DNA from: Octopus bimaculoides
Taxonomy: Eukaryota
Reading direction: 5' to 3'
NCBI RefSeq assembly: GCF_001194135.2
Contig: NC_068996.1
Location: 55,407,224 to 55,471,223, forward strand
Length of the DNA: 64,000 bases
The translations under genes and the position numbers were made by a program. Positions 39,022-52,505 of this stretch are shown one piece after another. Under the pieces are notes generated by a model that saw only the letters and a program-made list of their open reading frames with translations, searched no databases and had not been told where the DNA came from. Position 1 is the first letter of the stretch. Each line of letters opens with the position of its first letter.

Positions 39022-39420
39022 TGACAACGTGTGGTAAGTAGCTTGCTTACCAACCACATGGTTCTGGGTTCAGTCCCACTGCATGGCACCTTGGGCAAGT
39101 GTCTTCTACTATAGCCTTGGGCTGACCAAAGCCTTGTGAGTGGATTTGGTAGACGGAAACTGAAAGAAGCCTGTCGTATATATGTATATCTATGTGTGTT
39201 TGTGTGTCTGTGTTTGTCCCCCCAACATCACTTGACAACTGATGCTGGTGTGTTTACGTCCCCGTAACTTAGCGGTTCGGCAAAAAGAGACCGACAGAAT
39301 AAGTACTAGGCTTCCAAAGAATAAGTCCTGGGGTTGATTTGCTTGACTAAAGGTGGTGCTCCAGCATGGCCGCAGTCAAATGACTGAAACAAGTAAAAGA
39401 GAGTAAAGAGTAAAGAGTAT
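39022..39420 (+). mobile_element. SINE family A full copy
   Basis: Both modules present, ending AAAAGAGAGTAAAGAGTAAAGAGT. Confidence 0.85.
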
Positions 39421-39869
39421 CTTATTTTTCCTTAGTTATTGTTTAGCCCCAGGTCATTTTTGACCAGCATATCTATGATCATAAGATTTCCATCTCCTTT
39501 TGTAAAGCTAAGACTACATTGGCAAAAGGTTGTAGCCAAGTGGATATGATGTTCCAGTCACATTTGTAAGACTGTAGTTTTGATTACCAGACCGGGGTGG
39601 GAGGGGGGCAGTGTTGTATCCTTAAACAAAACACTTTATTTCACACTACTCCAGTTCACTAGCTGTAAATGGGATCCAGCAATATCTGGGAAGTTAACCC
39701 TGTGATGGACTGGCAACCCATCCAGGGGGAAGTGTTGTAATATGTTACTTATGTGCCATAGAAACTTATGAGTCCTAGGGTCCATAACAGACCTAAGTCC
39801 AAGACTCCATTGTCTGTGTGTCCTTCAGTTTAGAAGATGGTAGGTTGTGTGATCTGGAACATCAACAAA

Positions 39870-40318
<449 letters not shown>

Positions 40319-41222
40319 GATATGAAGTTGTCTGGCTGCTACTTCTAGCAGGTTCACCAACGGTGTAGAGGTTCCCTTCTAAGTTTGTTCTTCAGTCTCT
40401 GAAAAGTGACCTCTGAACAATTCTTCCTCTTCAGGTTCACATTACACATCCAATAGACAACACACGATTCACTCTCTTCTCCCTCTCTGCCATACCAACG
40501 TAACACCAGCACCAATTATGACGAACTAATAAGGGAGCAACTACATGATCACTTGACCAGCTAGAAATAGTAGCTTCTACATTGTCTCTTCATCTATTAG
40601 AAATAACTGCCAAACTTCCCTCAAATCAAACTTCCACTCAATCATTTGAGAAAGGACCAATTGGCTAATATAGTCTCGTATTCCCTGCACATAGGAAAAA
40701 GGCAGGTAGGTCACAAATGAAACGTCTTTGATCATATGTTTACATGAGTAGTGCAAACGTGGGGTTGAACAGTGATAGCAAAAACCAAGACAACAACAAC
40801 AACAACCAACACTGCTACAAAACAAAAAGCAAAAGCTGTTTGCCTGATACGCACACACACACACACGCTGCAACACTGCACCTCTTCATTTTGTTGTCAA
40901 TGGAGGAGGTATCAACCATGAACTTTTGACATTATGCTATTAAAGGAAGGGCAAGGGGGTGGGAATGAAGCAGAGGGTGGGGCATGTGCCCCCTCTTACA
41001 TCCCCTCAGCACCCAACATTAATTAGGTCAGCCAGGTAATGGAATTCACAGATTCTGTGCTAAAAGATCACAGACGCAGGTAGAGAACAACACATACACA
41101 CACACATATAAGCACAGAGACACATATGCAATAAAACATACAAGTGCATGCATACACAAATACAGTATATGTATCTGTGTCTATCTACACACAAACACAC
41201 ACACCCATTGTTACATGTATGA

Positions 41223-41267
<45 letters not shown>

Positions 41268-41354
41268 TATAGATAGATATACAAATGTGCAAACCTAACC
41301 TTCAGAAGAAAGGTTAAACATCATTGCTTTATCAGTGACTTTTCAAATCCTTTA

Positions 41355-41375
41355 TCATTATTATTATTATCATCA

Positions 41376-41412
<37 letters not shown>

Positions 41413-41455
41413 CATCATTATTATTATTATTATTATTATAATTATCATTATTACT
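41355..41455. repeat. (ATT)n/(ATC)n microsatellite
   Basis: Directly visible; it explains the poly-Asn in ORF 41321..41647. Confidence 0.95.
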
Positions 41456-41868
41456 GCGGTTTGTTATTAATTTTGTCACAATCACTGTAGCCATCTTGTT
41501 TCCCCTTTTTAGCTGCATTGATAAAGGAACACTGGCTAAATAATAAATATTAGCTATGACATAAGACATAAAACTAGAAATATGACTGATCAGCAGAATG
41601 CAACAATATGCACAGACAGCATTAAAGATGCCCAGAATGCAGCACACAAGTGCAGAGCAGGAGCATGCTCAGAGTGCAATACCATGCACAGGGTGCAGCA
41701 TTTCCAGAATGCAGTATCATATTGCAGGGCAGTGTAGGTGCAGGCATCGCTATGTGGCAAGAAGTCTGCTTCTCAATCAGGTTTCAGGTTCAATCCCACT
41801 GCATGCCACCCTGGGCTGACCAAAGCCTTGTGGATGGATTTGGTAATCCACTCACTTCTGAAAGCTGT

Positions 41869-41920
<52 letters not shown>

Positions 41921-43417
41921 ACAGCTTTGTTGTATATATCTATATATATATATATACACACGCACACAGATACAAGTCTGATGAAGTGTCTCTCTAATGT
42001 CTAAAACCACAAACATTACGTAAATTTTCACTTTGAAGTTTTGTGTAAACTGGCAAATTGCCAGTAGAGATGGTACAGAAACAATTGTAACAAATCATTA
42101 AAAGATGTGTTGAAGGATTTCTTTATCTTATTGTTATTTGGATTATAATTCACTCTTGCCACACCCACTTAATGGTTTCCTTGTCATGAAACCAGGATTT
42201 CTTATGCTTGAAGAATTTCGGTAATAGTCTGGAATCTGACAGTGTTCATAACTCAGAATTCAGGTTGAGTGCTCCTCTGAAAATATCCTACCTTTATACT
42301 ATACCAGTACCTAATATAAATCTGATGGTAGTCAGAGATAGACAGTTCTGAAATTCTTGCTGAACAACCTGCACAAACGATTCGTTTATAGTGATCAAAT
42401 GTTTAGCTCACCTGTCACTCCATCAAATCAATGATGTTTGAACAGGTGCACACAGGTGTGCCATGCATCAGGTGTTAAAGTGATTGCAGAGCAACGTGAA
42501 ATGAAGGGTCTTGCTCAAGAACACAATGCACAACCTAGTCTAGGAATTGAAATCATGATCTAGTGATTGTGAGTGCAACAACCCTAACCATTAGGCCATA
42601 CCCCCCTCAGACACACACGTGTGTGTGTGTGCATGCGCAGGTGTGTGTTACTGTCACCTTGCCTTGACATTGTGTAATACTTGTAAATAATTTTCACTGT
42701 TATAGAAGCAGCATCATTCGTTTCTAATATTCTACAGAAACATGTCTGGCCATGAGGAAATATTACCAACATTGCTCATATGTCACAGGTTGGCTGGATT
42801 GAAGATGACCCGGGGCTACACAACAACAGCTCTAGTATTATTTTGGTATATTCAGCACCTTGGTCAAGTGTCTTCTAGAGCCTCTGACTAACTGAAACCT
42901 TGTGAGTGGTTTTCGTTTATAGAAACTGAAATAAGCCCATTATGTGTGTGTGACATGGCATGATTGTTGTAAATGAATAGCAGTCATACAAGCAGTATCA
43001 TCCATTTCTAGTCTTCTGCCATGGGGAAAAATATTACCTTACTTGGAGACAGGTGAGGAAAATCTACCTTAATAAACTCCATCCAACCCATGTAAGCATG
43101 CAAAAATAGATGTTAAAACGATGATGATGATGGTAATTTAAGAATTTGAATATATTTGGATATAAAGTTTTAAAATTGTTCCAACTGCATCTTGGTCCAC
43201 CAGCAACAAATAATAATAATAATAATAATCCAGATTACATAACCCTTTCTCTCTCCCCTTTTCTTTCTTCAATAATTAACAAAGGAAGTGTTGGGGGAAG
43301 GGGAAACATTTGTTAATTAAGTTAATGAGGTTTGCAGATGAGATACAGTAATTTTAGTCGCAATTATTTTTGGATAGTGTAAAAGAAAAGGGTGTATATG
43401 TGTGTGCACATATGTAT

Positions 43418-43812
43418 CATCATCATCGTTTAACGTCCGCTTTCCATGCTAGCATGGGTTGGACGGTTTGACTGAGGACTGGTGAAACCAAATGGCTACA
43501 CCAGGCTCCAATCTGATCTGACAGAGTTTCTACAGCTGAATGCCCTTCCTAACACCAACCACTCCAAGAGTGTGGTGGGTGCTTTTACGTGCCACCGGCA
43601 CGAGGGCCAGTCAGGCGGGTGCTGGCAAGAGCAACGCTCGAAATGGTGTATTTTAGGTGCCACCTGCACAGGGCCAGTCCAGGAGCACTGGCAACGATCT
43701 CTCTCGAATGTCTTTACATGTGCTACCGGCACAAGTGTCAGGAAGGCGACGCTGGGCACAGATGCCATCACAATTTCACTTTCACTTGCCCCAATAAGTC
43801 TTCACAAGCCGA
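43418..43812 (-). mobile_element. SINE family B, well-preserved copy
   Basis: CATCATCGTTTAACGTCCGCTTTCCATGCTAGCATGGG.. followed by about three internal modules. Confidence 0.85.
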
Positions 43813-44885
43813 GTTATATATATATATATATACATATACATAAATGTGTGTATCTTGCTTTACCAGAAGCTCTGAATTACATGACTCATAACAAATGTAG
43901 ACTATTCTTCAATACATTATAATTGATAGGCTCCAATTTTCAGGACTCAGAGTAACTCTTTGCTGATCATCAGCTGATAAACTGAGCCTGGATTTTCTTT
44001 TGAAATATCCACTGTTTGAATATTTTTTGAAATATGAAATGAAAGTTTGAAGAAAGCACTTATCGTTATGACTAAAAAATTTGCCTCAACAAACCTTGTC
44101 TGACCCATGGAAGCATAGAAAAGTTGATATTAAAATGATGACACTCACAGAGGTTGAAGTATAAAAGATCAACAACATAACATATTGTAGAATAACTAAT
44201 GGTAAAATGTCTCTGGTACGGATAATGGAATAAGTTTGACAGTGAATAAAAATTTGCCTGTGATGGGTATACAGGAGTGTTTAAACCCCAGAACACCAGT
44301 AAACACCTTCCAGTGCTCAGAGGACTCTACAGAAGTAGTCAATAGCTGGGTGTATAACATTAGGGTGTATAACAGGTGAAGTATAGATGAGCTGAGAGAA
44401 AAACTGGGTATAAGTGGTAACAGATGTAATATGCAAGAGTGACGGCTTCACTGGTATGGACATGTAATGTGTATGGGGATGGTGAGAGTTGGGTGTGAAG
44501 GTGCAAGAAGATCCATGTGGAAGGATCCCATGGAAGAGGGAAACCAATAAAGACAAAAAAAAAGGGGTGAGTAGAGATCTCAGAAAGCTGAAATTTGCAA
44601 AAGAGATGACAATGAAATGCAACATGGGTTGGACAGTTTGACTGGAATTGGCCAGGGAAGAGCCTACACCAGATTTCTGTGTCTGTTTTGGCAGGGTTTT
44701 TTATTGCTGGTTGCCCTTTCTAACAGCACTGACAGGTTCCCCAAGTAACTTGCGAGACAGAGATCTTTTGAGAAGGGAAGGGGCATTGGAGGAGGGGATC
44801 TTGTGCCAGATGATGAAAGGTTAGAGTGTGATTAAGGGACAGAAACAGGTGTCTTGCTGTAGGAGAGGTACATGGTTACCCGGCT

Positions 44886-44962
<77 letters not shown>

Positions 44963-45499
44963 AGGAATGAGGACAGAAATGTGTGCTGCTGCTGTAAAGG
45001 AGATACATGATTACCCAAACTGGGGGAAGAGCAAGAGAAGAAGAGAGAGAGAGAGAGAGTGGGACACAGCAGGAGTGCAAGAGAGAACAGGAGAGGGATG
45101 GTGGTAAAATGTCAGGCATGACGACAAGGGACAGGGGTTGAGTAAAAGAAGAGATAGATTGTGGCAAGTACCAGGGCAAACCCTTGAAGTACAGAGATGA
45201 TAATAGAAGTGGCAGGACATTGTTGAAGAAGCATGAGTGGAGGGTGGGAGAAGGGAGTGGTGAAAACCTGGGTATATAGAAAGCTACCTGGGTATATAGA
45301 TAGCAATGATACAATGAAACAGGGTGGTGAGGACAGGATTGGGGAGTGAGAGGTAAGCAGTGCATGAAAAAGAAATGTGAAGAAGAGAAGAGATGTAGTT
45401 TGGTTTGTTGGGATAGGGTGTATGAAAAGTTTTCTTGTTATGTGTGGGTGGAACACACACAGGGCTTCTAAAACTCAGTTTTGTTGATGTAGATGGGTG

Positions 45500-47520
45500 G
45501 GTTTTCTCAAGAACCTCATATTGCCAGACATCTCAGTCCATTGTCATTTCCTCCATGAGACCCAACATCCTGAGATCAACCCTCACCACTTCATACCATG
45601 TCTTCCTGGGTCTCCCTCTTCTGTGGGTGCCCTCCACTTTCCATGATCAGCCCTTCTTTATACAACTGTCTTCATTCATAAGCATCACATGTCCAAACCA
45701 ACAGTCTTCTCTCTTGCATGCTGTATTTGATTCCTCCTATGCCCAACTTTTCTCTCAATATGTTTTGCACTTTGTCGAACATGCACATCCAGTAGAGCAT
45801 CCTACCTTCATATCTCTCCAGTCTACGCATGTCTTCCGCATTCAGAGCCCATGTCTCACTATCATGGGGTATAGCCATTCGTACACAAGCATCATACAAT
45901 CTACCTTTCACTCTGAGAGTTGCTTTTGTTGCCAACAGAAAGTAATAACTCTCTGAACTTCCTCCATCCTATTCTTATTCTAGAAACNNNNNNNNNNNNN
46001 NNNNNNNNNNNNNNNNNNNNNNNNNNNNNNNNNNNNNNNNNNNNNNNNNNNNNNNNNNNNNNNNNNNNNNNNNNNNNNNNNNNNNNNNNNNNNNNNNNNN
46101 NNNNNNNNNNNNNNNNNNNNNNNNNNNNNNNNNNNNNNNNNNNNNNNNNNNNNNNNNNNNNNNNNNNNNNNNNNNNNNNNNNNNNNNNNNNNNNNNNNNN
46201 NNNNNNNNNNNNNNNNNNNGGAATCAAAGGCCCTTTGATTCCAGGTTTTGCTTCCATACCAGGATTTTCTGCAATAAGAGTGAGGTGATCAGCATTAAGC
46301 AGTTCCCACGGGCACCCAGTTTTGAATTCCTCTGTTATGGTTTGGAGGACTATAATGAATAAGAGTGGGCTGAGAACTGAATCTTAGTGAACCCCTACTT
46401 GTACACTAAATTCATCACTGTATTCGTGGCTGACTGACCTCATTGACAGCACCCATTGTACATGGCTTGTACAACTTTAACAAGCCATTCCTCTCCCAAC
46501 TTCTTAGAAGCCACCAGATAACAGAGTGGGGAACTCTGTCGAAAGCTTTCTCCAGGTCGATGAAAGCTAAGTACAATGGCCTACTTTTGACCAAATATTT
46601 TTCCTGAAGTTGTCTCACTAGGAAGATGGCATCTATGGTACTCTTCCCAGGTACAAAACCAAACTCCATTTGATCTAGTTTAATCTTTCCAGGTACAAAA
46701 CCAAACTGCATCTCATCCAGTTTAATTCTATTCTTAATCAATTGAGCTGTAACCCTCTCTGTAACTTTCATGACTTGGTCCAGCAGTTTAATCTCTCTGT
46801 AGTTGTTTCTATCTAAGACATCACTTTTACCCTTGTAGCAGCTGACTATAATACTGCTACACCAGTCCTTGGGGATGGGGCCTTCCTGAATAACCTGATT
46901 AAGTATACAGGTGACTAGGCTTTATCACACACAACCAGATATTTTAATCATCTCAGCAGTGATTCCTGATTGCCCAGGGGTTTTCCCTGACCTCATATCC
47001 TTAATTGCCTTATCTATTGTGCTGCTATCAACTCTGATGACTGGTCCCTCAATTGGTTCGATATTTGAAAGACTGTCCTTCTCCCATTCATTTTCCACAT
47101 TTAGTAACCTTTCATACATCTTTCTTCTCTGAGTCACTAAATGCAAGCATACCATTATCTGTTCGCACACATTTCTCACCCACCACATCTCTATTCTCTC
47201 TGATACACTGCTTTGCAATCCTGAACATCTCATGCCTCTGATCCTCATGCTACAGAACGTTGACAAACCTCTTATCTATGACTCTTTTTGCTATGTAAAC
47301 CTGTCGCCTAGCTTTCTTTCTGGCTACATAATATAATTACCTGCTTTCACCATTTTCCCAGTCTTTGTTTTTATAGCACTGTCCACCTCCTTATTCCATC
47401 ACCATGTCGTCTGCAGTCTAGCTGGGACTTTACACCAACCACAGATTTGGTCTGCAGCCCTCAGTAGATTGTCCTGCAGGAATTTCCAATTGCCCTCTAA
47501 TTGTCCCTACTTTCTCCTCT
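45500..47520 (-). mobile_element. RTE-type LINE, longer decayed fragment with a gap over the central RT
   Basis: KAIKDMRSGKTPGQSGITAEMIK (46925..47266), MQFGFVPGK-STIDAIFLVRQLQEKYL..FIDLEKAFDRVP (46415..46771), RIRIGWRKFRELL, and RLYDACVR..DSETWAL. Confidence 0.9.
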
Positions 47521-48544
47521 CTATCGTCAGAGGCTGCCGTTAGAATGTCTCTGAATTTCTGTCTGAATATAATTTAAGGGATTAGAAAATGCAAAATTAT
47601 GATTTCTGATTTAGGTACAAATCCAGAAATTCTGAGTGGATGGGATAAAGTACCAATCATGACCCTAGTTTGTGACTGGTATTTTATTTTGCTGACCCCA
47701 CAAAATTGGAAACTTGAACTTGGAGCATAAATTATGAGAAGGAATACAACAAGACATTTCTTCCAACACTACAGTGATCCTGTCAGCTCAATAATGTTTA
47801 AAGGTCTTCGAAAAACACTTTTCTTACCCTCAATTATCATTCATCAAAAACATAATAACCATTAAGTGTGGAGATGCTTGTGTAGTCAAAAAGCTCACTT
47901 TGCGACTATATGGTTTTAAGTTCAATCCCAAGAAACTAAAAGTAGACTTAAAAGTCCTGGGTCAATTTGTTCAACTAAATCTGTCAAAGAAGTGCCCCAG
48001 CTTGGCCACTGTCAATGACTGAAACAAATAAAAGATAAAAGACTGCAGCTCTCACATCAGATAATTCAAATTTTCCATTTGACAAAATATCTTTGCAAAA
48101 ATCGGTAGAGCATTGGACAAGATAGCCAATGGCTTTTGATTACAACACTTTAAATTCTACACAAATCCACACTATCTTTCAAGTACAGGGGTCGGATATG
48201 GTTGATTAAACTGTGGTATGACATCAGTGACTGGGGAGCTGACCGGAAGGGCGAGTTGACCGGAAGAGAAGGAAGGGCAGAGGGAGCCTCGATCTGGGTT
48301 GTTGTCAGGAGAGGACGTGCTAAGCGACGGTCTGGGTTTGGGAGAAGCAGCTGCTATTCCTAGTGTTCTTCGGGTCGGGGCAAGACAGACTCGCAGTCGA
48401 AGAAGGAAAACCGAGGTAAGGCGATTACATCTACTTGCACGCATACACCACATAAACCTCTGAAAGTAATACACAAGCATGACCATACTCCAGTAAAGGA
48501 GGCCAGAAAATGGAAAATAAAAGATTAAAGAATAATCTAAAGTT

Positions 48545-49265
48545 TTGCTTATTTTATTTCTTTTATAAGTTGTGATTGTTTGTGAAAGATGCACAGGACC
48601 CATAAAAACTACAGAGACTCAGGAAATTGATTCTCTCAAATACCCTGGTGGCTCATTAGAGGTAGTAGATAATTTCTGTAACCTAGGGGAACAAATTAGT
48701 AGTGGGGGAGGATGCACAGAGAGTGTGATAACTAGAATAAGAATAGGATGGAAGAAATTCAGAAAGCTGTTACCTCTGTTGGCCACGAAAAGTTTCTCCA
48801 AGTGAAAGAAGGATTTGTATGATGCATGTATACAGACAGAATGTAGAGGACATGCAAAGGTTATAAAGGAAAGAAGCTAGTATGCTTTGCTGGATGTGTA
48901 TTGTAAGTGTACATGTTCGGCAGAGTGCTAGTGTTTTGAGAGAGAAGTTGGACATGAGAGGAATTAGATGCAGTGTGCAAAAGAAAAGACTGCACTCGTT
49001 TGGTCATGTGATGTGGATGGGTGCTGTCAGCTCCATAAAGAAATGCCAATCTCTCAAAATAAATGGAACACATGGAAGACGGGGACCCAGAAAGACAAAG
49101 ACACAGAAAGCAAAATACTGAAAGACAACCACAGGATACTGAACCTTTCAGACAAGATGACAAAGGACCAAGAAGCCTGGTACCTTGCTGTACTCAAGAA
49201 TCTCATACTCCACAGCAGAAGTGTTAAAGTCAGTTCCCCTGGCGAAGCGGATTGGCCTGCAAGTA
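48545..49265 (+). mobile_element. RTE-type LINE 3' fragment whose 3' UTR continues into the 25-nt array and family B tail (to ~51185)
   Basis: VCERC..LEVVDNFCNLG..SGGGCTESVITRIRIGWKKFRKLLPLL, MLCWMC..LREKLDMRGIRC..RLHSFGHVM..GRRGPRKT. Confidence 0.88.
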
Positions 49266-51000
49266 CCTGGTGCCATTGTAAAAAGCACTAGTGCTGGTGC
49301 CACATGAAAGCGCCCATGCTGGTGCCACAAAAGCACTCATGCAGGTGCCATATAAAAGCACTCATACTGGTGCCACATGAAAGCACTCATGCTGGTGTCA
49401 CATGAAAGCACCAGTGCTGGTGCCACACGAAAGCACCAATGCTGGTGCCACATAAAATCATCTGTGCTGGTGCCATATAAAAGCACTCGTACTGGTGCCA
49501 CATGAAAGCACTCATGCTGGAGTCACATGAAAACACCAGTGCTGGTGCCACATGAAAGTGCCCATGCTGGTGCCATAAAGCACTCATGCAGGTGCCATAT
49601 AAAAGCACTCGTACTGGTGCCACATGATAGCACTCATGCTGGTGTTACATGAAAGCACCAGTGCTGGTGCCACATGAAAGCATCTGTGCTGGTGCCACAA
49701 AAGCACTCATGCAGGTGCCATATAAAAGCACTCATGCAGGTGCCACATGAAAGCACCCATTCTGGTGTCACATGAAAGCACCAGTGCTGGTGCCACATGA
49801 AAGCACCCATGCTGGTGCCACATGAAAGCATCTGTGCTGGTGCCACAAAAGCACTCATGCAGGTGCCATATAAAAGCACTCGTACTGGTGCCACATGAAA
49901 GCGCCCATGCTGGTGCCACATGAAAGCATCCGTGCTGGTGCCACAAAAGCACTCATGCAGGTGCCATATAAAAGCACTCGTACTGGTGCCACATGAAAGC
50001 GTCCATGCTGGTGCCACATGAAAGCGCTCATGCTGGTCCCACAAAAGCACTCATGCAGGTGCCATATAAAAGCACTCATACTGGTGCCACATGAAAGCAC
50101 TCATGCTGGTGTCACATGAAAGCACTAGTGCTGGTGCCACATGAAAGCGCCCATGCTGGTGCCACATGAAATCAACTGTGCTGGTGCTACAAAAGCACTC
50201 ATGCAGGTGCCATATAAAAGCACTCGTACTGGTGCCACATGAAAGCACTCACGCTGGTGTCACATGAAAGCGCCCATGCTGGTGCCACATGAAAGCATCT
50301 GTGCTGGTGCCACAAAAGCACTCATGCAGGTGCCACAAAAGCACTCGTACTGGTGTCACTTGAAAGCACCAGTGCTGGTGCCACATGAAAGCGTCTGTGC
50401 TGGTGCCACAAAAGCACTCATGCAGGTGCCATATAAAAGCACGCATACTGGTGCCACATGAAAGCGCCAGTGCTGGTGCCNNNNNNNNNNCACTCATGCA
50501 GGTGCCATATAAAAGCACGCATACTGGTGCCACATGAAAGCGCCAGTGCTGGTGCCACATGAAAGCGCCCGTGCTGGTGCCACAAAAGCACTCGTACTGG
50601 TGCCACATGAAAGCACTCATGCTGGTGTCACTTGAAAGCACCAGTGCTGGTGCCACAAAAGCACTCATGCAGGTGCCATATAAAAGCACGCATACTGGTG
50701 CCACATGAAAGCACTTATGCTGGTGCCACACGGAAGCATTCATGCTGGAGTCACATGAAAGCGCTCATGCTGGAGTCACATGAAGTCGCTTGTGATGGCA
50801 CCACATGAAAGCGCTCGTGCTGGCACCACATGAAAGCGCTCGTGCTGGAGTCACATGAAAGCACTCATGCTGGAGTCACATGAAATCGCTCGTGCTGGTG
50901 CCACATGAAAGCGCCCGTGCTGGCACCACATGAAAGCACTCGTGCAGGTGCTACATAAAAGCACTCGTGAAGGTGCCACATAAAAGCTTTCATTTAGTGT
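49266..51000 (+). repeat. Minisatellite array of 23-25-nt monomers (roughly 70) with higher-order organisation
   Basis: Consensus RTGCTGGTGCCACATGAAAGCACTC with recurring variants, including a 23-nt GTGCTGGTGCCACAAAAGCACTC. There is a 10-N gap at 50481-50490. Confidence 0.95.
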
Positions 51001-51186
51001 CACATAAAAGCATCCAGAATATTCTGTAAAGTGGTTGGTGTTAGGAAGGGCATCCAGTCATAGAAACCATGCCAAATCAGACTGGTGTCTGATGCAGCTC
51101 CCCAGCTTGTCAGCTCTGGTCAAACTGTCCAACCCATGCCAGCATGGAAAACAGATGTTAAATGATGATGATGATGATGATGATGA
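51000..51186 (+). mobile_element. LINE/SINE-B terminal domain with (GAT)n tail
   Basis: GGTTGGTGTTAGGAAGGGCATCCAG..CCAACCCATGCCAGCATGGAAAACAGATGTTAAATGATGATG. Confidence 0.85.
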
Positions 51187-52234
51187 AGGCCATTATTAAA
51201 AACAACCAAAATAAGGGTATTTACCTTCAGGTTGTTGAGTCACCTCAACTTTTGAAAAGGCTGAGTAAAGACAGAGAACCCATTGTTATAACAAATTAGA
51301 TTGGAAAGGTCAAATGTATCAAGATTATCCAAGAGAATAGAATTGGTAAATAACGTTTTATTTATCAAACTATAAAAAATATCAAATATATTGAAGATTT
51401 TAATTTGTTTGTTGGATGTTTTTGCTGTTATTTTTTTGCGTGAAAAAGTTAAGAATATTTAGTTTGAGTGAAAAGGTCAGTTTTAAGTGTGCTTTTATAA
51501 GCAGGAAAAAATGGTTAAAAGTAGAATATAAAGAGAGACAGAGAATTATATAATAAACCTATTTAATTCACAACAGCACAGATCTGATGTAATTTCTGTA
51601 CATATGAATTAAGAAACTTTTGTCTTCAGTTAAGATCATTTTGGAAAACCATTGCAGATGTAGAATTAGCAGTGACGAAGAACAAATGAACTTTGGGTTA
51701 ATTAAAATACGTTTGTCAAATTTTAACTTCTAAAGGCAGTTGCTGAGAAGAAGAAAAATTCTCTCTTATGGTAAAAAGTGTAAAAAGACCATATCTGCCC
51801 AGTGCTTCCCCCTTGTTGATTCCCAAATGTGTTTCTAGTTATTTAGCTTCTTCAATGGTGTATACCAAAGAGAGATAACCTTGAGCAGATTCAAAGCTAT
51901 AGTTTTAACTAAAAAAACAGTTAATATCAGTGACTGACTTGTGCTTGTGAACTGCCAGTTCAGGATACATATAGCAACATCAGCACAAAGCAATGATGAA
52001 AAATAAATGGATTTTAGGTTAGTTAAAATATATTTGTGGTAATGTGATAATGGCTAAAGAGCTAGAAATGCATCTGGGAATCTGTCAGAGGGAAGCACTG
52101 GACAGATATGATGTTTTTACACCTTTTTACCATAAGAGAGAATATTTTCTCCACTGTAACTGCAGTGAATTTGCCATTAGAAGTTGAAACATGTCACAAA
52201 CATGTTTTAACTAACCTAAAGTTCATATCTCACT

Positions 52235-52505
52235 GTCTCTCTTTCTATCTATCTATCTATATCCGTCTATCCTGTCTGTCCATCTATCTATCTGACTGCC
52301 TGTCTATCTATTCTTCTATCTATCCATCCATCCATCTGTCTATCCATCCATATCTATCTATCTATCATTCTCTCTCTCTCTCTCTATCCATCCATCCGTC
52401 TATCTCTCCCTATCTATCCACCTACCTACCTACCTTTCCGTCTGTCTGTCTGTCTATCTATCCATCCATCCATCCGCCCGTCTGTCTGTCTATATATATA
52501 TATAT
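52235..52505. repeat. (TCTA/TCCA/TCTG)n compound tetranucleotide repeat
   Basis: Directly visible; it explains ORF 52108..52578. Confidence 0.93.

Noticed and set aside
49266-51000. CRISPR-like appearance and His/Trp/Gln-rich ORFs in the array
   Set aside because: The inter-repeat bases are only a few nt and recur rather than being unique spacers, there are no cas genes, and the context is eukaryotic. The 25-nt unit is not a multiple of three, so the ORFs are artefacts.
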